A DNA stretch of 64,000 bases from Eledone cirrhosa (taxonomy: Eukaryota): assembly GCA_964016885.1 (NCBI GenBank), contig OZ024741.1:401574001-401638000 (forward strand). The letters run 5' to 3'. The number at the start of each line of letters is the position of its first letter. The first letter of the stretch is position 1. Positions 56,501 to 63,972 of the stretch are shown here, piece by piece. A program made the position numbers and the translations under genes. Under the pieces are notes generated by a model. That model saw nothing but the letters and a program-made list of their open reading frames with translations, did no database searches and had not been told where the DNA came from.

Positions 56501-59500
56501 ATTATAATTATGAGAATATTGTTTTTCTGTTGTCTTTTACTTGTATTATTTTGTAGAATCATGGTGTGCTGCTAATGATGGTTTGGAAGATGTTTCATTA
56601 ATAAGATCCTGGGATATTAAATTGTCAAGCAATGAGGAAAATCCAGATGTTATTAGACCTGGAAACAAAGGATGGAGTCCTGCTATAGATGATAAGAAAC
56701 TTACAGTAACTATGTTTGTTGGTGACTCTTTAAGATATGGTGCATCTATTCATCTGATACGATCTAAATGTGTTGAGACGTTTGATGTTATTCTAACTGG
56801 TGGAGAGGTTAAAAGATTTAAGGTGAGTTTCAATTGATTTAATTTGTGATAAAACTATTGTCACAGTAAAGGTTTAATTGAAATAATTCCATTAATTATG
56901 ACATATTTGGATAAATTTAAATATCATTTTGAAACATTTAACATAAACAGATGATGTAATGTAAAGTTTGTAGAAGCAGATGATCAGAAATTATGTGATA
57001 TGTATTTTGGAACCATTGAATTAGTATATTTTAACTATTTCATAATTATTAGAAAACATTTTGTTTTGTAAATTATTCTGCATATTTTTCTGAACAAATT
57101 AACCCTTACCTGATGCTGTCTTTTTGCTGTTTTTTTGTGTACCTAGAATAATCCTAAAGGTGAAATTGTTAAAATACCATTTGGTACAACATCAGATACA
57201 GTAAAAATCCACTTTGTTCCTGTTTCACCCAATTGTAGACTGAGAGTTACAGTATCTTTCATAGGATGTTTTGAATCAGGCAGTAAGTAGGAATTGATTC
57301 CATTGATATTAGTACTTTCCCATAAATCCTATAAACCTTTACTTCTCTGTAGGCTGCTACTATAAATGTAATAATAATTATTCCTTAATTCAAAAGTGAT
57401 TTATGATCCAGAATCCTTACATATATCCGTTATATTTTGCTTGACCTATTCAGTACTCTTTCTTGAAGAGGTAGACAAAATAAATGTCTCTATGTTTTGC
57501 TATATTTTATAAGGTGACAAACACCATTTGTCTGTAGAATCACATTTATTTTATTTCATATTAATGTTTTAGGAATGACAATGGTTAAAAACTCAACATT
57601 TTAATTCTTGGTGTATTTCTGCATTACTCAACTTACTTACTATGATGTAAAATGTCTTGTATCTTTTACAGTTTCTAATGGAAAATTCTAGATAGTCATT
57701 TCTATCCTTTCTTTCTATATCTCCTACAAGCCATTTTTCTCTTTCCCTGTCTTCCTTGATTTCTACCACTTGCTCTGTCTCTCACTCTTTTTCTCTACCC
57801 ATCTATATGTATATATATATCCTTCCTTTGGCTAACAATAATATTTTCAAAAGACAAGTTAATTTTTTCTACAATTGTTAAAATAGTTTTGTGTTTCCTT
57901 TTTTCTCATGAAACGTTTTACTTCTTATCATAATTTCTTTTGTGTATTTTACAGCAACAACCCCAGTAGCAACAACAACAATGTTACCAACAACAACTCC
58001 ACTCCCAACAAGTATGTAGAAAATAATTATTACTTTATAAATATTGAAGTCAATAAAACCAGTTAGTTCTATATGTACCATTAAAATATATAAAATATTT
58101 TCTGAAATAATAATTATATATATATATATAAGCAATGCACAATATATATTGAATTCAATAAATAAAAATTAGTTGTGCAGCATTTTCTTGTATTTTAAAA
58201 ATTTAACTTTTATATTTGTGAAATAATAAATATAAATTTATAAACTGTTTATGATATAATATGTAATTTTCATTTCTTTTATTTTAATTTCAGCCACAAC
58301 TCTTCCAACAACAACACCACAACAGACAACACAAACAGGTAACATATTTCTGATTAAAATAATTATGTAACGTATAGGAAATCATGATAATAATTATGAA
58401 AATATTGTTTTTCTGTTGTCTTTTACTTGTAGAATCATGGTGCGTAGCTAATGATGGTTTGGAAGATGTTTCATTAATAAGATCCTGGGATATTAAATTG
58501 TCAAGCAATGAGGAAAATCCAGATGTTATTAGACCTGGAAACAAAGGATGGAGTCCTGCTATAGATGATAAGAAACTTACAGTAACTATGTTTGTTGGTG
58601 ACTCTTTAAGATATGGTGCATCTATTCATCTGCTACAATCTAAATGTGTTAAGACGTTTGATGTTATTCTAACTGGTGGAGAGGTTAAAAGATTTAAGGT
58701 GAGTTTCAATTGATTTAATTTGTGATAAAACTATTGTCACAGTAAAGGTTTAATTGAAATAATTCCATTAATTATGACATATTTGGATAAATTTGAATAT
58801 CATTTTGAAACATTTAACATAAACAGATGATGTAATGTAAAGTTTGTAGAGGCAGATAATCAAAAATTATGTGATATGTATTTTGGAACCATTGAATTAA
58901 TATATTTTAACTATTTCATAATTATTAGAAAACATTTTGTTTTGTAAATTATTCTGCATATTTTTCTGATATAAGCAACCCTTACCTGACGCTGTCTTTT
59001 TGCTGTTTTTTTGTGTACCTAGAATAATCCTAAAGGTGAAATGGTTAAAATACCATTTGGTACAACATCAGATACAGTAAAAATCCACTTTGTTCCTGTT
59101 TCACCCAATTGTAGACTGAGAGTTACAGTATCTTTCATAGGATGTTTTGAATCAGGCAGTAAGTAGGAATTGATTCCATTGATATTAGTACTTTCCCATA
59201 AATCCTATAAACCTTTACTTCTCTGTAGGCTGCTACTATAAATGTAATAATAATTATTCCTTAATTCAAAAGTGATTTATGATCCAGAATCCTTACATAT
59301 ATCCGTTATATTTTGCTTGACCTATTCAGTACTCTTTCTTGAAGAGGTAGACAAAATAAATGTCTGTATGTTTTGCTATATTTTATAAGGTGACAAACAC
59401 CATTTGTCTGTAGAATCACATTTATTTTATTTCATATTAATGTTTTAGGAATGACAATGGTTAAAAACTCAACATTTTAATTCTTGGTGTATTTCTGCAT

Positions 59501-62500
59501 TACTCAACTTACTTACTATGATGTAAAATGTCTTGTGTCTTTTACAGTTTCTAATGGAAAATTCTAGATAGTCATTTCTATCCTTTCTTTCTATATCTCC
59601 TACAAGCCATTTTTCTCTTTCCCTGTCTTTCTTGCTTTCTACCACTTGCTCTGTCTCTCACTCTTTTTCTCTACCCATCTATCTATATGTATATATATAT
59701 CCTTCCTTTGGCTATCAATAATATTTTCAAAAGACAAGTTAATTTTTTCTACAATTGTTAAAATAGTTTTGTGTTTCCTTTTTTCTCATGAAACGTTTTA
59801 CTTCTTATCATAATTTCTTTTGTGTATTTTACAGCAACAACCCCAGTAGCAACAACAACAATGTTACCAACAACAACTCCACTCCCAACAAGTATGTAGA
59901 AAATAATTATTACTTCATAAATATTAAAGTCAATAAAACCAGTTAGTTCTATATGTACCATTAAAATATATAAAATATTTTCTGAAATAATAATTATATA
60001 TATATATATATAAGCAATGCACAATATATATTGAATTCAATAAATAAAAATTAGTTGTGCAGCATTTTCTTGTATTTTAAAAATTTAACTTTTATATTTG
60101 TGAAATAATAAATATAAATTTATAAACTGTTTATGATATAATATGTAATTTTCATTTCTTTTATTTTAATTTCAGCCACAACTATTCCAACAACAACACC
60201 ACAACAGACAACACAAACAGGTAACATATTTCTGATTAAAATAATTATCTAACGTATAGGAAATCATGATAATAATTATGAAAATATTGTTTTTCTGGTG
60301 TCTTTTACTTGTAGAATCATGGTGCGTAGCTAATGATGGTTTGGAAGATGTTTCATTAATAAGATCCTGGGATATTAAATTGTCAAGCAATGAGGAAAAT
60401 CCAGATGTTATTAGACCTGGAAACAAAGGATGGAGTCCTGCTATAGATGATAAGAAACTTACAGTAACTATGTTTGTTGGTGACTCTTTAAGATATGGTG
60501 CATCTATTCATCTGCTACAATCTAAATGTGTTGAGACGTTTGATGTTATTCTAACTGGTGGAGAGGTTAAAAGATTTAAGGTGAGTTTCAATTGATTTAA
60601 TTTGTGATAAAACTATTGTCACAGTAAAGGTTTAATTGAAATAATTCCATTAATTATGACATATTTGGATAAATTTGAATATCATTTTGAAACATTTAAC
60701 ATAAACAGATGATGTAATGTAAAGTTTGTAGAAGCAGATAATCAAAAATTATGTGATATGTATTTTGGAACCATTGAATTAATATATTTTAACTATTTCA
60801 TAATTATTAGAAAACATTTTGTTTTGTAAATTATTCTACATATTTTTCTGATATAAGCAACCCTTACCTGACGCTGTCTTTTTGATGTTTTTTTGTGTAC
60901 CTAGAATAATCCTAAAGGTGAAATGGTTAAAATACCATTTGGTACAACATCAGATACAGTAAAAATCCACTTTGTTCCTGTTTCACCCAATTGTAGACTG
61001 AGAGTTACAGTATCTTTCATAGGATGTTTTGAATCAGGCAGTAAGTAGGAATTGATTCCATTGATATTAGTACTTTCCCATAAATCCTATAAACCTTTAC
61101 TTCTCTGTAGGCTGCTACTATAAATGTAATAATAATTATTCCTTAATTCAAAAGTGATTTATGATCCAGAATCCTTACATATATCCGTTATATTTTGCTT
61201 GACCTATTCAGTACTCTTTCTTGAAGAGGTAGACAAAATAAATGTCTGTATGTTTTGCTATATTTTATAAGGTGACAAACACCATTTGTCTGTAGAATCA
61301 CATTTATTTTATTTCATATTAATGTTTTAGGAATGACAATGGTTAAAAACTCAACATTTTAATTCTTGGTGTATTTCTGCATTACTCAACTTACTTACTA
61401 TGATGTAAAATGTCTTGTGTCTTTTACAGTTTCTAATGGAAAATTCTAGATAGTCATTTCTATCCTTTCTTTCTATATCTCCTACAAGCCATTTTTCTCT
61501 TTCCCTGTCTTTCTTGCTTTCTACCACTTGCTCTGTCTCTCACTCTTTTTCTCTACCCATCTATCTATATGTATATATATATCCTTCCTTTGGCTATCAA
61601 TAATATTTTCAAAAGACAAGTTAATTTTTTCTACAATTGTTAAAATAGTTTTGTGTTTCCTTTTTTCTCATGAAACGTTTTACTTCTTATCATAATTTCT
61701 TTTGTGTATTTTACAGCAACAACCCCAGTAGCAACAACAACAATGTTACCAACAACAACTCCACTCCCAACAAGTATGTAGAAAATAATTATTACTTCAT
61801 AAATATTAAAGTCAATAAAACCAGTTAGTTCTATATGTACCATTAAAATATATAAAATATTTTCTGAAATAATAATTATATATATATATATAAGCAATGC
61901 ACAATATATATTGAATTCAATAAATAAAAATTAGTTGTGCAGCATTTTCTTGTATTTTAAAAATTTAACTTTTATATTTGTGAAATAATAAATATAAATT
62001 TATAAACTGTTTATGATATAATATGTAATTTTCATTTCTTTTATTTTAATTTCAGCCACAACTATTCCAACAACAACACCACAACAGACAACACAAACAG
62101 GTAACATATTTCTGATTAAAATAATTATCTAACGTATAGGAAATCATGATAATAATTATGAAAATATTGTTTTTCTGGTGTCTTTTACTTGTAGAATCAT
62201 GGTGCGTAGCTAATGATGGTTTGGAAGATGTTTCATTAATAAGATCCTGGGATATTAAATTGTCAAGCAATGAGGAAAATCCAGATGTTATTAGACCTGG
62301 AAACAAAGGATGGAGTCCTGCTATAGATGATAAGAAACTTACAGTAACTATGTTTGTTGGTGACTCTTTAAGATATGGTGCATCTATTCATCTGCTACAA
62401 TCTAAATGTGTTGAGACGTTTGATGTTATTCTAACTGGTGGAGAGGTTAAAAGATTTAAGGTGAGTTTCAATTGATTTAATTTGTGATAAAACTATTGTC

Positions 62501-63972
62501 ACAGTAAAGGTTTAATTGAAATAATTCCATTAATTATGACATATTTGGATAAATTTGAATATCATTTTGAAACATTTAACATAAACAGATGATGTAATGT
62601 AAAGTTTGTAGAGGCAGATAATCAAAAATTATGTGATATGTATTTTGGAACCATTGAATTAATATATTTTAACTATTTCATAATTATTAGAAAACATTTT
62701 GTTTTGTAAATTATTCTGCATATTTTTCTGATATAAGCAACCCTTACCTGACGCTGTCTTTTTGCTGTTTTCTTGTGTACCTAGAATAATCCTAAAGGTG
62801 AAATTGTTAAAATACCATTTGGTACAACATCAGATACAGTAAAAATCCACTTTGTTCCTGTTTCACCCAATTGTAGACTGAGAGTTACAGTATCTTTCAT
62901 AGGATGTTTTGAATCAGGCAGTAAGTAGGAATTGATTCCATTGATATTAGTACTTTCCCATAAATCCTATAAACCTTTACTTCTCTGTAGGCTGCTACTA
63001 TAAATGTAATAATAATTATTCCTTAATTCAAAAGTGATTTATGATCCAGAATCCTTACATATATCCGTTATATTTTGCTTGACCTATTCAGTACTCTTTC
63101 TTGAAGAGGTAGACAAAATAAATGTCTGTATGTTTTGCTATATTTTATAAGGTGACAAACACCATTTGTCTGTAGAATCACATTTATTTTATTTCATATT
63201 AATGTTTTAGGAATGACAATGGTTAAAAACTCAACATTTTAATTCTTGGTGTATTTCTGCATTACTCCACTTACTTACTATGATGTAAAATGTCTTGTGT
63301 CTTTTACAGTTTCTAATGGAAAATTCTAGATAGTCATTTCTATCCTTTCTTTCTATATCTCCTACAAGCCATTTTTCTCTTTCCCTCTCTTCCTTGATTT
63401 CTACCACTTGCTCTGTCTCTCACTCTTTTTCTCTACCCATCTATATGTATATATATATCCTTCCTTTGGCTAACAATAATATTTTCAAAAGACAAGTTAA
63501 TTTTTTCTACAATTGTTAAAATAGTTTTGTGTTTCCTTTTTTCTCATGAAACGTTTTACTTCTTATCATAATTTCTTTTGTGTATTTTACAGCAACAACC
63601 CCAGTAGCAACAACAACAATGTTACCAACAACAACTCCACTCCCAACAAGTATGTAGAAAATAATTATTACTTTATAAATATTAAAGTCGATAAACCCAG
63701 TTAGTTCTATATGTACCATTGAAATATATAAAATATTTTCTGAAATAATAATTATATATATATAAGCAATGCACAATATATATTGAATTCAATAAATAAA
63801 AATTAGTTGTGCAGCATTTTCTTGTATTTTAAAAATTTAAATTTTATATTTGTGAAATAATAAATATAAATTTATAAACTGTTTATGATATAATATGTAA
63901 TTTTCATTTCTTTTGTTTTCATTTCAGCCACAACTATTCCAACAACAACACCACAACAGACAACACAAACAG
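1..63972 (+). CDS. Internal part of a giant multi-exon gene encoding tandem [Thr-rich linker + discoidin/F5-8C-like domain] modules (mucin-like extracellular protein); start and stop lie outside the window
   Basis: Repeated exon quartet A(57)/B(45)/C(266)/D(136) with polypyrimidine-AG acceptors and GTAAG/GTATG/GTAAC/GTGAG donors; phases join into an open 168-aa unit (TTPVATTTMLPTTTPLPT-TTTIPTTTPQQTTQT-ESWCVANDGLEDV...VKRFK-NNPKSEIV...RLRVTVSFIGCFESG); no stops or frameshifts seen in any copy. Domain family assignment is inference. Confidence 0.88.
578..760 (-). mobile_element. tRNA-derived SINE family 1 (~190 bp); duplicate at 3683-3865
   Basis: Minus strand: TGGCAGTATCGG A-box-like head, GAGTTCAAATCC B-box, core GCCTTTCATCCTTACGGGGTCGATAAAATAAAGTACCAG, (ATT)n tail; more than 15 copies in the window. 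Confidence 0.85.
999..1189 (-). mobile_element. SINE family 1 copy; duplicate at 4104-4294
   Basis: Same head, core and tail as 578-760. Confidence 0.85.
1836..2027 (-). mobile_element. SINE family 1 copy; duplicate at 4941-5132
   Basis: Same head, core and tail. Confidence 0.85.
2048..2358. mobile_element. Foldback insertion, probable Penelope-like (inverted pLTR) remnant; duplicate at 5153-5463
   Basis: ~110-bp inverted arms spanning 2113-2356; flanked by 18-bp direct repeat ATATAATAATAATTATGT (2030-2047, 2359-2376); arms carry a hammerhead-like motif. Confidence 0.65.
2244..2332 (+). ncRNA. Type I hammerhead ribozyme-like motif (possibly degenerate)
   Basis: Stem I CTCTGT(2252-57)/ATGGAG(2319-24) extended by TATAAC/GTTATA; CTGACGA 2258-64; stem II GATCCAGA..TCTGGGATC; GAAA 2306-09; stem III ACC-TTT-GGT; GTA cleavage triplet ending 2318. 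Confidence 0.6.
2576..4047 (+). CDS. Module M1: exons A 2576-2632, B 2790-2834, C 2937-3202, D 3912-4047
   Basis: AG/GT boundaries read directly; lengths 57/45/266/136 keep frame; ORF-track 2909..3217 covers exon C. Confidence 0.88.
5349..5437 (+). ncRNA. Second copy of the hammerhead-like motif
   Basis: Copy at +3105 of 2244-2332. Confidence 0.6.
5681..6307 (+). CDS. Module M2: exons A 5681-5737, B 5895-5939, C 6042-6307 (exon D not found)
   Basis: Offset +3105 copy of M1; AG/GT sites intact; no D exon recognisable before 18087. Confidence 0.8.
6445..6671. mobile_element. TTAA-type (piggyBac-like) MITE, degenerate left end
   Basis: Ends ATGCTAAAGGGTTAA; homologous to 37012-37228 (inverted) and 37340-37526. 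Confidence 0.6.
7291..10042 (-). pseudogene. CR1 ORF2 (endonuclease + reverse transcriptase), frameshifted in the endonuclease
   Basis: 8-nt deletion near 9753 relative to copy 2 (AAGTAGCAGTGTTG vs AAGTTG) splits it into ORFs 9701..10042 and 7291..9576. Confidence 0.88.
10102..11358 (-). CDS. LINE ORF1 protein with N-terminal PHD-like finger, Q/T-rich repeats, coiled coil and RRM-like region
   Basis: CHIC..WVECGTCRISVCLQC..FQCLDC; VIAIGVPE, RLGR..PRLIRL motifs typical of CR1/L2 ORF1; open 418 aa (probable ATG at MGRNNK). Confidence 0.8.
   Translation of the reverse strand: MFTFCVFLRMGRNNKIAMVISIDEICDKTGRCPKIEHCPEDHTCHICTEPENSFRNRWVECGTCRISVCLQCATGFRKIPGQNKKHHIATMDRLWEMVQLTNWSFQCLDCMPASPITAEQQQRPKIVSSTIVPEQQQQKPRIVSSSTIVAEQQQKPTTVASATTPVEGLHQQQQPMSSSPVTFQQQQPTTVSSTMPVEGEEQQQKPTVNTEFEEIRQMISALSQEIAEIKSSVRVEPHNEGSYRSALLKNLRVPHVEPRRIENATESANHEVIAIGVPEDIVDLQAFATSSSKDLGCAPAKGALRLGRPGPKPRLIRLSFSNSAEARSYLVASDKARRESRIAFRTRPGLPPDVRPKLRAAASLNRSSAEHESFSLRDDGQIWRFVKAGESWKRDTSWSENSVPTTTDNKETEKTLGN
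11575..12324 (+). mobile_element. 3' fragment of a CRE-like non-LTR element (zinc knuckle + restriction-like endonuclease)
   Basis: CRCCKFLDSTGFHVVSC..RH, DRKRLDG..W..GRCLVWDVTV, FQPVAFE; preceded by a poly-T run 11542-11571. Confidence 0.72.
12325..12501 (-). mobile_element. 3' end of an older CR1-family copy that leads into the satellite
   Basis: Homologous to 7190-7320 (TCAGGTGCACTACAACTC..GTAGTGTTGG); (ATT)n tail. Confidence 0.85.
12502..15202. repeat. 61-bp tandem repeat (~44 units, truncated by the gap) derived from the CR1 ORF2 3' end
   Basis: Unit CATGGAGGTTTTAAAGGATGCAGTGTCTCGACAGCTAACAACTGATGCAGGTAGTTTGTTC matches 7321-7381. Confidence 0.95.
15203..15402. other. Assembly gap (200 N)
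   Basis: Run of N. Confidence 0.99.
15403..15995 (-). mobile_element. Decayed CR1 ORF1 5' part and 5' UTR
   Basis: Aligns by eye to 10828-11460 (GACATG..TGTTGTTGATGAAGTCCTTCAAC, CATCCGTA) with many indels. Confidence 0.8.
16160..16420 (+). mobile_element. CRE-like 3' fragment; shorter pieces at ~16808-16970, ~18320-18440, ~20880-21010
   Basis: YIFQPVAFKAFGG..RISLAITRGNAASV matches 11935-12130. Confidence 0.7.
16487..16673 (-). mobile_element. SINE family 1 copy (partial copies also at 16695-16803 and 17180-17259)
   Basis: Same core and head. Confidence 0.8.
17377..18222 (+). CDS. Module M3: exons B 17377-17421, C 17526-17791, D 18087-18222 (exon A not found)
   Basis: AG/GT boundaries; ORF-track 17552..17806. 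Confidence 0.82.
18446..20783 (+). pseudogene. Dead partial duplicate of exon D, split by a 2.2-kb insertion (halves 18446-18507 and 20733-20783)
   Basis: GTGAAATTGTT..TCCTGTT | insert | TCGCCCAATTG..GGCA-GTAAG; lacks an acceptor, has 3-nt and 7-nt deletions; downstream intron 18223-18446 is repeated at 20784-21010. Confidence 0.85.
18508..20732. mobile_element. Unclassified AT-rich insertion with an internal 33-bp inverted repeat and two nested SINEs (19293-19484, 19512-19677)
   Basis: Interrupts the pseudo-exon; 18671-18703 is the reverse complement of 19838-19870. Confidence 0.55.
21805..24365 (-). mobile_element. Decayed 5'-truncated RTE-like LINE
   Basis: ORF pieces 23121..23840 (YKGKGDA..NYRGIKL..QFGF..DLEKAFD) and 22236..22550 (RLHWYGHVMR); (GAT/GGT)n tail at 21805. 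Confidence 0.88.
24377..24671 (-). mobile_element. Two tandem SINE family 1 copies
   Basis: Core repeated at 24380-24493 and 24497-24671, separated by (AAT)n. Confidence 0.8.
24700..25346 (-). mobile_element. 3' fragment of an L1/Tx1-like LINE
   Basis: Minus strand from ~25345 reads CAQGDETVLHALVQCPSIADLW (CCHC knuckle end); ends AATAAAGAAAGC(ATT)n. Confidence 0.6.
25355..27226 (+). mobile_element. 5'-truncated R4/Dong-like non-LTR retrotransposon (RT + zinc knuckle + RLE), frameshifted
   Basis: GIFQGDSLSPLLFC, HLFYMDDLKL, YKYLG, EGGRGL, ETIDHII.KC, ANRPDIILKD; ends in (AAT)n, consistent with Dong-type TAA targeting. Confidence 0.82.
27283..27440 (-). mobile_element. Short CR1 3'-UTR fragment (another in + orientation at ~31503-31643)
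   Basis: Matches 12335-12480. Confidence 0.75.
27486..28737 (+). CDS. Module M4: exons A 27486-27542, B 27886-27930, C 28035-28300, D 28602-28737
   Basis: AG/GT boundaries, standard lengths; ORF-track 28010..28315. Confidence 0.88.
27676..27845 (-). mobile_element. SINE family 1 copy in the M4 A-B intron
   Basis: Core match; absent from the paralogous M5 and M6 introns. Confidence 0.78.
28828..29314. mobile_element. Solo-LTR-like insertion (487 bp)
   Basis: Absent from the paralogous M5 intron; 4-bp TSD GATT; termini TTTAG (probably TGTAG)...CTACA. Confidence 0.6.
29826..30902 (+). CDS. Module M5: exons A 29826-29882, B 30051-30095, C 30198-30463, D 30767-30902
   Basis: AG/GT boundaries, standard lengths; ORF-track 30173..30478. 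Confidence 0.88.
31786..36946 (+). CDS. Module M6: exons A 31786-31842, B 32010-32054, C 32159-32424, D 36811-36946
   Basis: AG/GT boundaries; the C-D intron is expanded by a 4.1-kb RTE insertion. Confidence 0.86.
32463..36551 (+). mobile_element. Near full-length RTE-like LINE, degenerate
   Basis: APE (NVGTL, CIQETRW, SAYAPQ, SQIDYIL, SQH), RT (HQGSVLSP, YADD), Cys-rich insert, GRPRKTW, (GAT)n tail; ATTG duplicated at the flanks relative to the empty paralogous intron. Confidence 0.92.
34970..35327. mobile_element. Solo-LTR-like insert nested in the RTE ORF
   Basis: 358 bp absent from the RTE copy at 55280; TGTA...TACA termini; internal AATAAA; TSD not clear. Confidence 0.5.
37012..37228. 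mobile_element. TTAA-flanked MITE (piggyBac-like); further decayed copy at ~37340-37526
   Basis: TTAATCCTTTACCATTT...AAATGCTAAATGGTTAA imperfect TIRs; related to 6445-6671. Confidence 0.65.
37627..38010 (+). mobile_element. tRNA-derived SINE family 2 with RTE-derived 3' tail
   Basis: TGGCTTAGTGG A-box, GAGTTCAATTC B-box, core CCTTGAGCAAGACACTTT; 3' ~200 nt matches the RTE 3' UTR at 21805-22030; (GAT)n tail. Confidence 0.85.
38636..40308 (+). CDS. Module M7: exons A 38636-38692, B 38863-38904 (42 nt), C 39579-39844, D 40173-40308
   Basis: AG/GT boundaries; exon B has an in-frame 3-nt deletion. Confidence 0.87.
38918..39480 (-). mobile_element. Decayed RTE-type 3' fragment with (GAA)n tail
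   Basis: 7-bp TSD TATTTCT (38911-17, 39481-87); minus strand has a remnant RYCGHVVKM motif; absent from paralogous B-C introns. Confidence 0.65.
41009..42222 (+). CDS. Module M8: exons A 41009-41065, B 41344-41388, C 41493-41758, D 42087-42222
   Basis: AG/GT boundaries; ORF-track 41477..41773. Confidence 0.88.
42900..44318 (+). CDS. Module M9: exons A 42900-42956, B 43436-43483 (48 nt), C 43588-43853, D 44183-44318
   Basis: AG/GT boundaries; exon B has an in-frame 3-nt insertion. Confidence 0.88.
43167..43355 (-). mobile_element. SINE family 1 copy with 15-bp TSD
   Basis: TATATTTG(G/T)GAAATA at 43152-66 and 43356-70; absent from the sister units. Confidence 0.88.
44995..49279 (+). CDS. Module M10: exons A 44995-45051, B 45328-45372, C 45477-45742, D 49144-49279
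   Basis: AG/GT boundaries; the C-D intron holds a 3.1-kb CR1 copy. Confidence 0.86.
45820..48905 (-). mobile_element. 5'-truncated CR1-like LINE, copy 2 (complete ORF2 span 45927-48686 with two nonsense codons)
   Basis: Nearly identical to 7190-10261; stops at 46860-62 (CAG>TAG) and 46365-67 (CGA>TGA). Confidence 0.93.
49961..51157 (+). CDS. Module M11: exons A 49961-50017, B 50283-50327, C 50432-50697, D 51022-51157
   Basis: AG/GT boundaries; ORF-track 50416..50712. Confidence 0.88.
51834..53037 (+). CDS. Module M12: exons A 51834-51890, B 52169-52213, C 52318-52583, D 52902-53037
   Basis: AG/GT boundaries; ORF-track 52302..52598. Confidence 0.88.
53706..57282 (+). CDS. Module M13: exons A 53706-53762, B 54353-54397, C 56557-56822, D 57147-57282
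   Basis: AG/GT boundaries; SINE in the A-B intron, RTE in the B-C intron. Confidence 0.86.
53887..54190 (+). mobile_element. SINE family 2 copy with AATGCA TSD
   Basis: AATGCA at 53881-86 and 54191-96; homologous to 37627-38010 with a shorter tail. Confidence 0.9.
54456..56487 (+). mobile_element. 5'-truncated RTE-like LINE with an open 524-aa RT ORF (54477-56051)
   Basis: RT motifs DLEKAFD, HQGSVLSP, YADD, FRYLG, GRPRKTW; (GAT)n tail; inserted in the ~100-nt B-C intron. Confidence 0.93.
57955..59158 (+). CDS. Module M14: exons A 57955-58011, B 58294-58338, C 58433-58698, D 59023-59158
   Basis: AG/GT boundaries; ORF-track 58384..58713. Confidence 0.88.
59835..61040 (+). CDS. Module M15: exons A 59835-59891, B 60176-60220, C 60315-60580, D 60905-61040
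   Basis: AG/GT boundaries; ORF-track 60266..60595. Confidence 0.88.
61717..62920 (+). CDS. Module M16: exons A 61717-61773, B 62056-62100, C 62195-62460, D 62785-62920
   Basis: AG/GT boundaries; ORF-track 62146..62475. Confidence 0.88.
63593..63972 (+). CDS. Module M17 (partial): exons A 63593-63649, B 63928-63972
   Basis: AG/GT boundaries; the array runs off the window end. Confidence 0.85.

Noticed and set aside
2909-62475. A family of separate ~100-aa single-exon genes as suggested by the ORF track
   Set aside because: Starts are mostly TTG/GTG in polypyrimidine tracts and the ends (VSFN*) read through GT donors; conservation matches exon boundaries.
40971-63776. Repeated minus-strand hydrophobic ORFs (..GSGVVVGNIVVVATGVVAV..)
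   Set aside because: Antisense shadows of the ACA-rich exon A plus AT-rich intron; lengths vary with (TA)n slippage.
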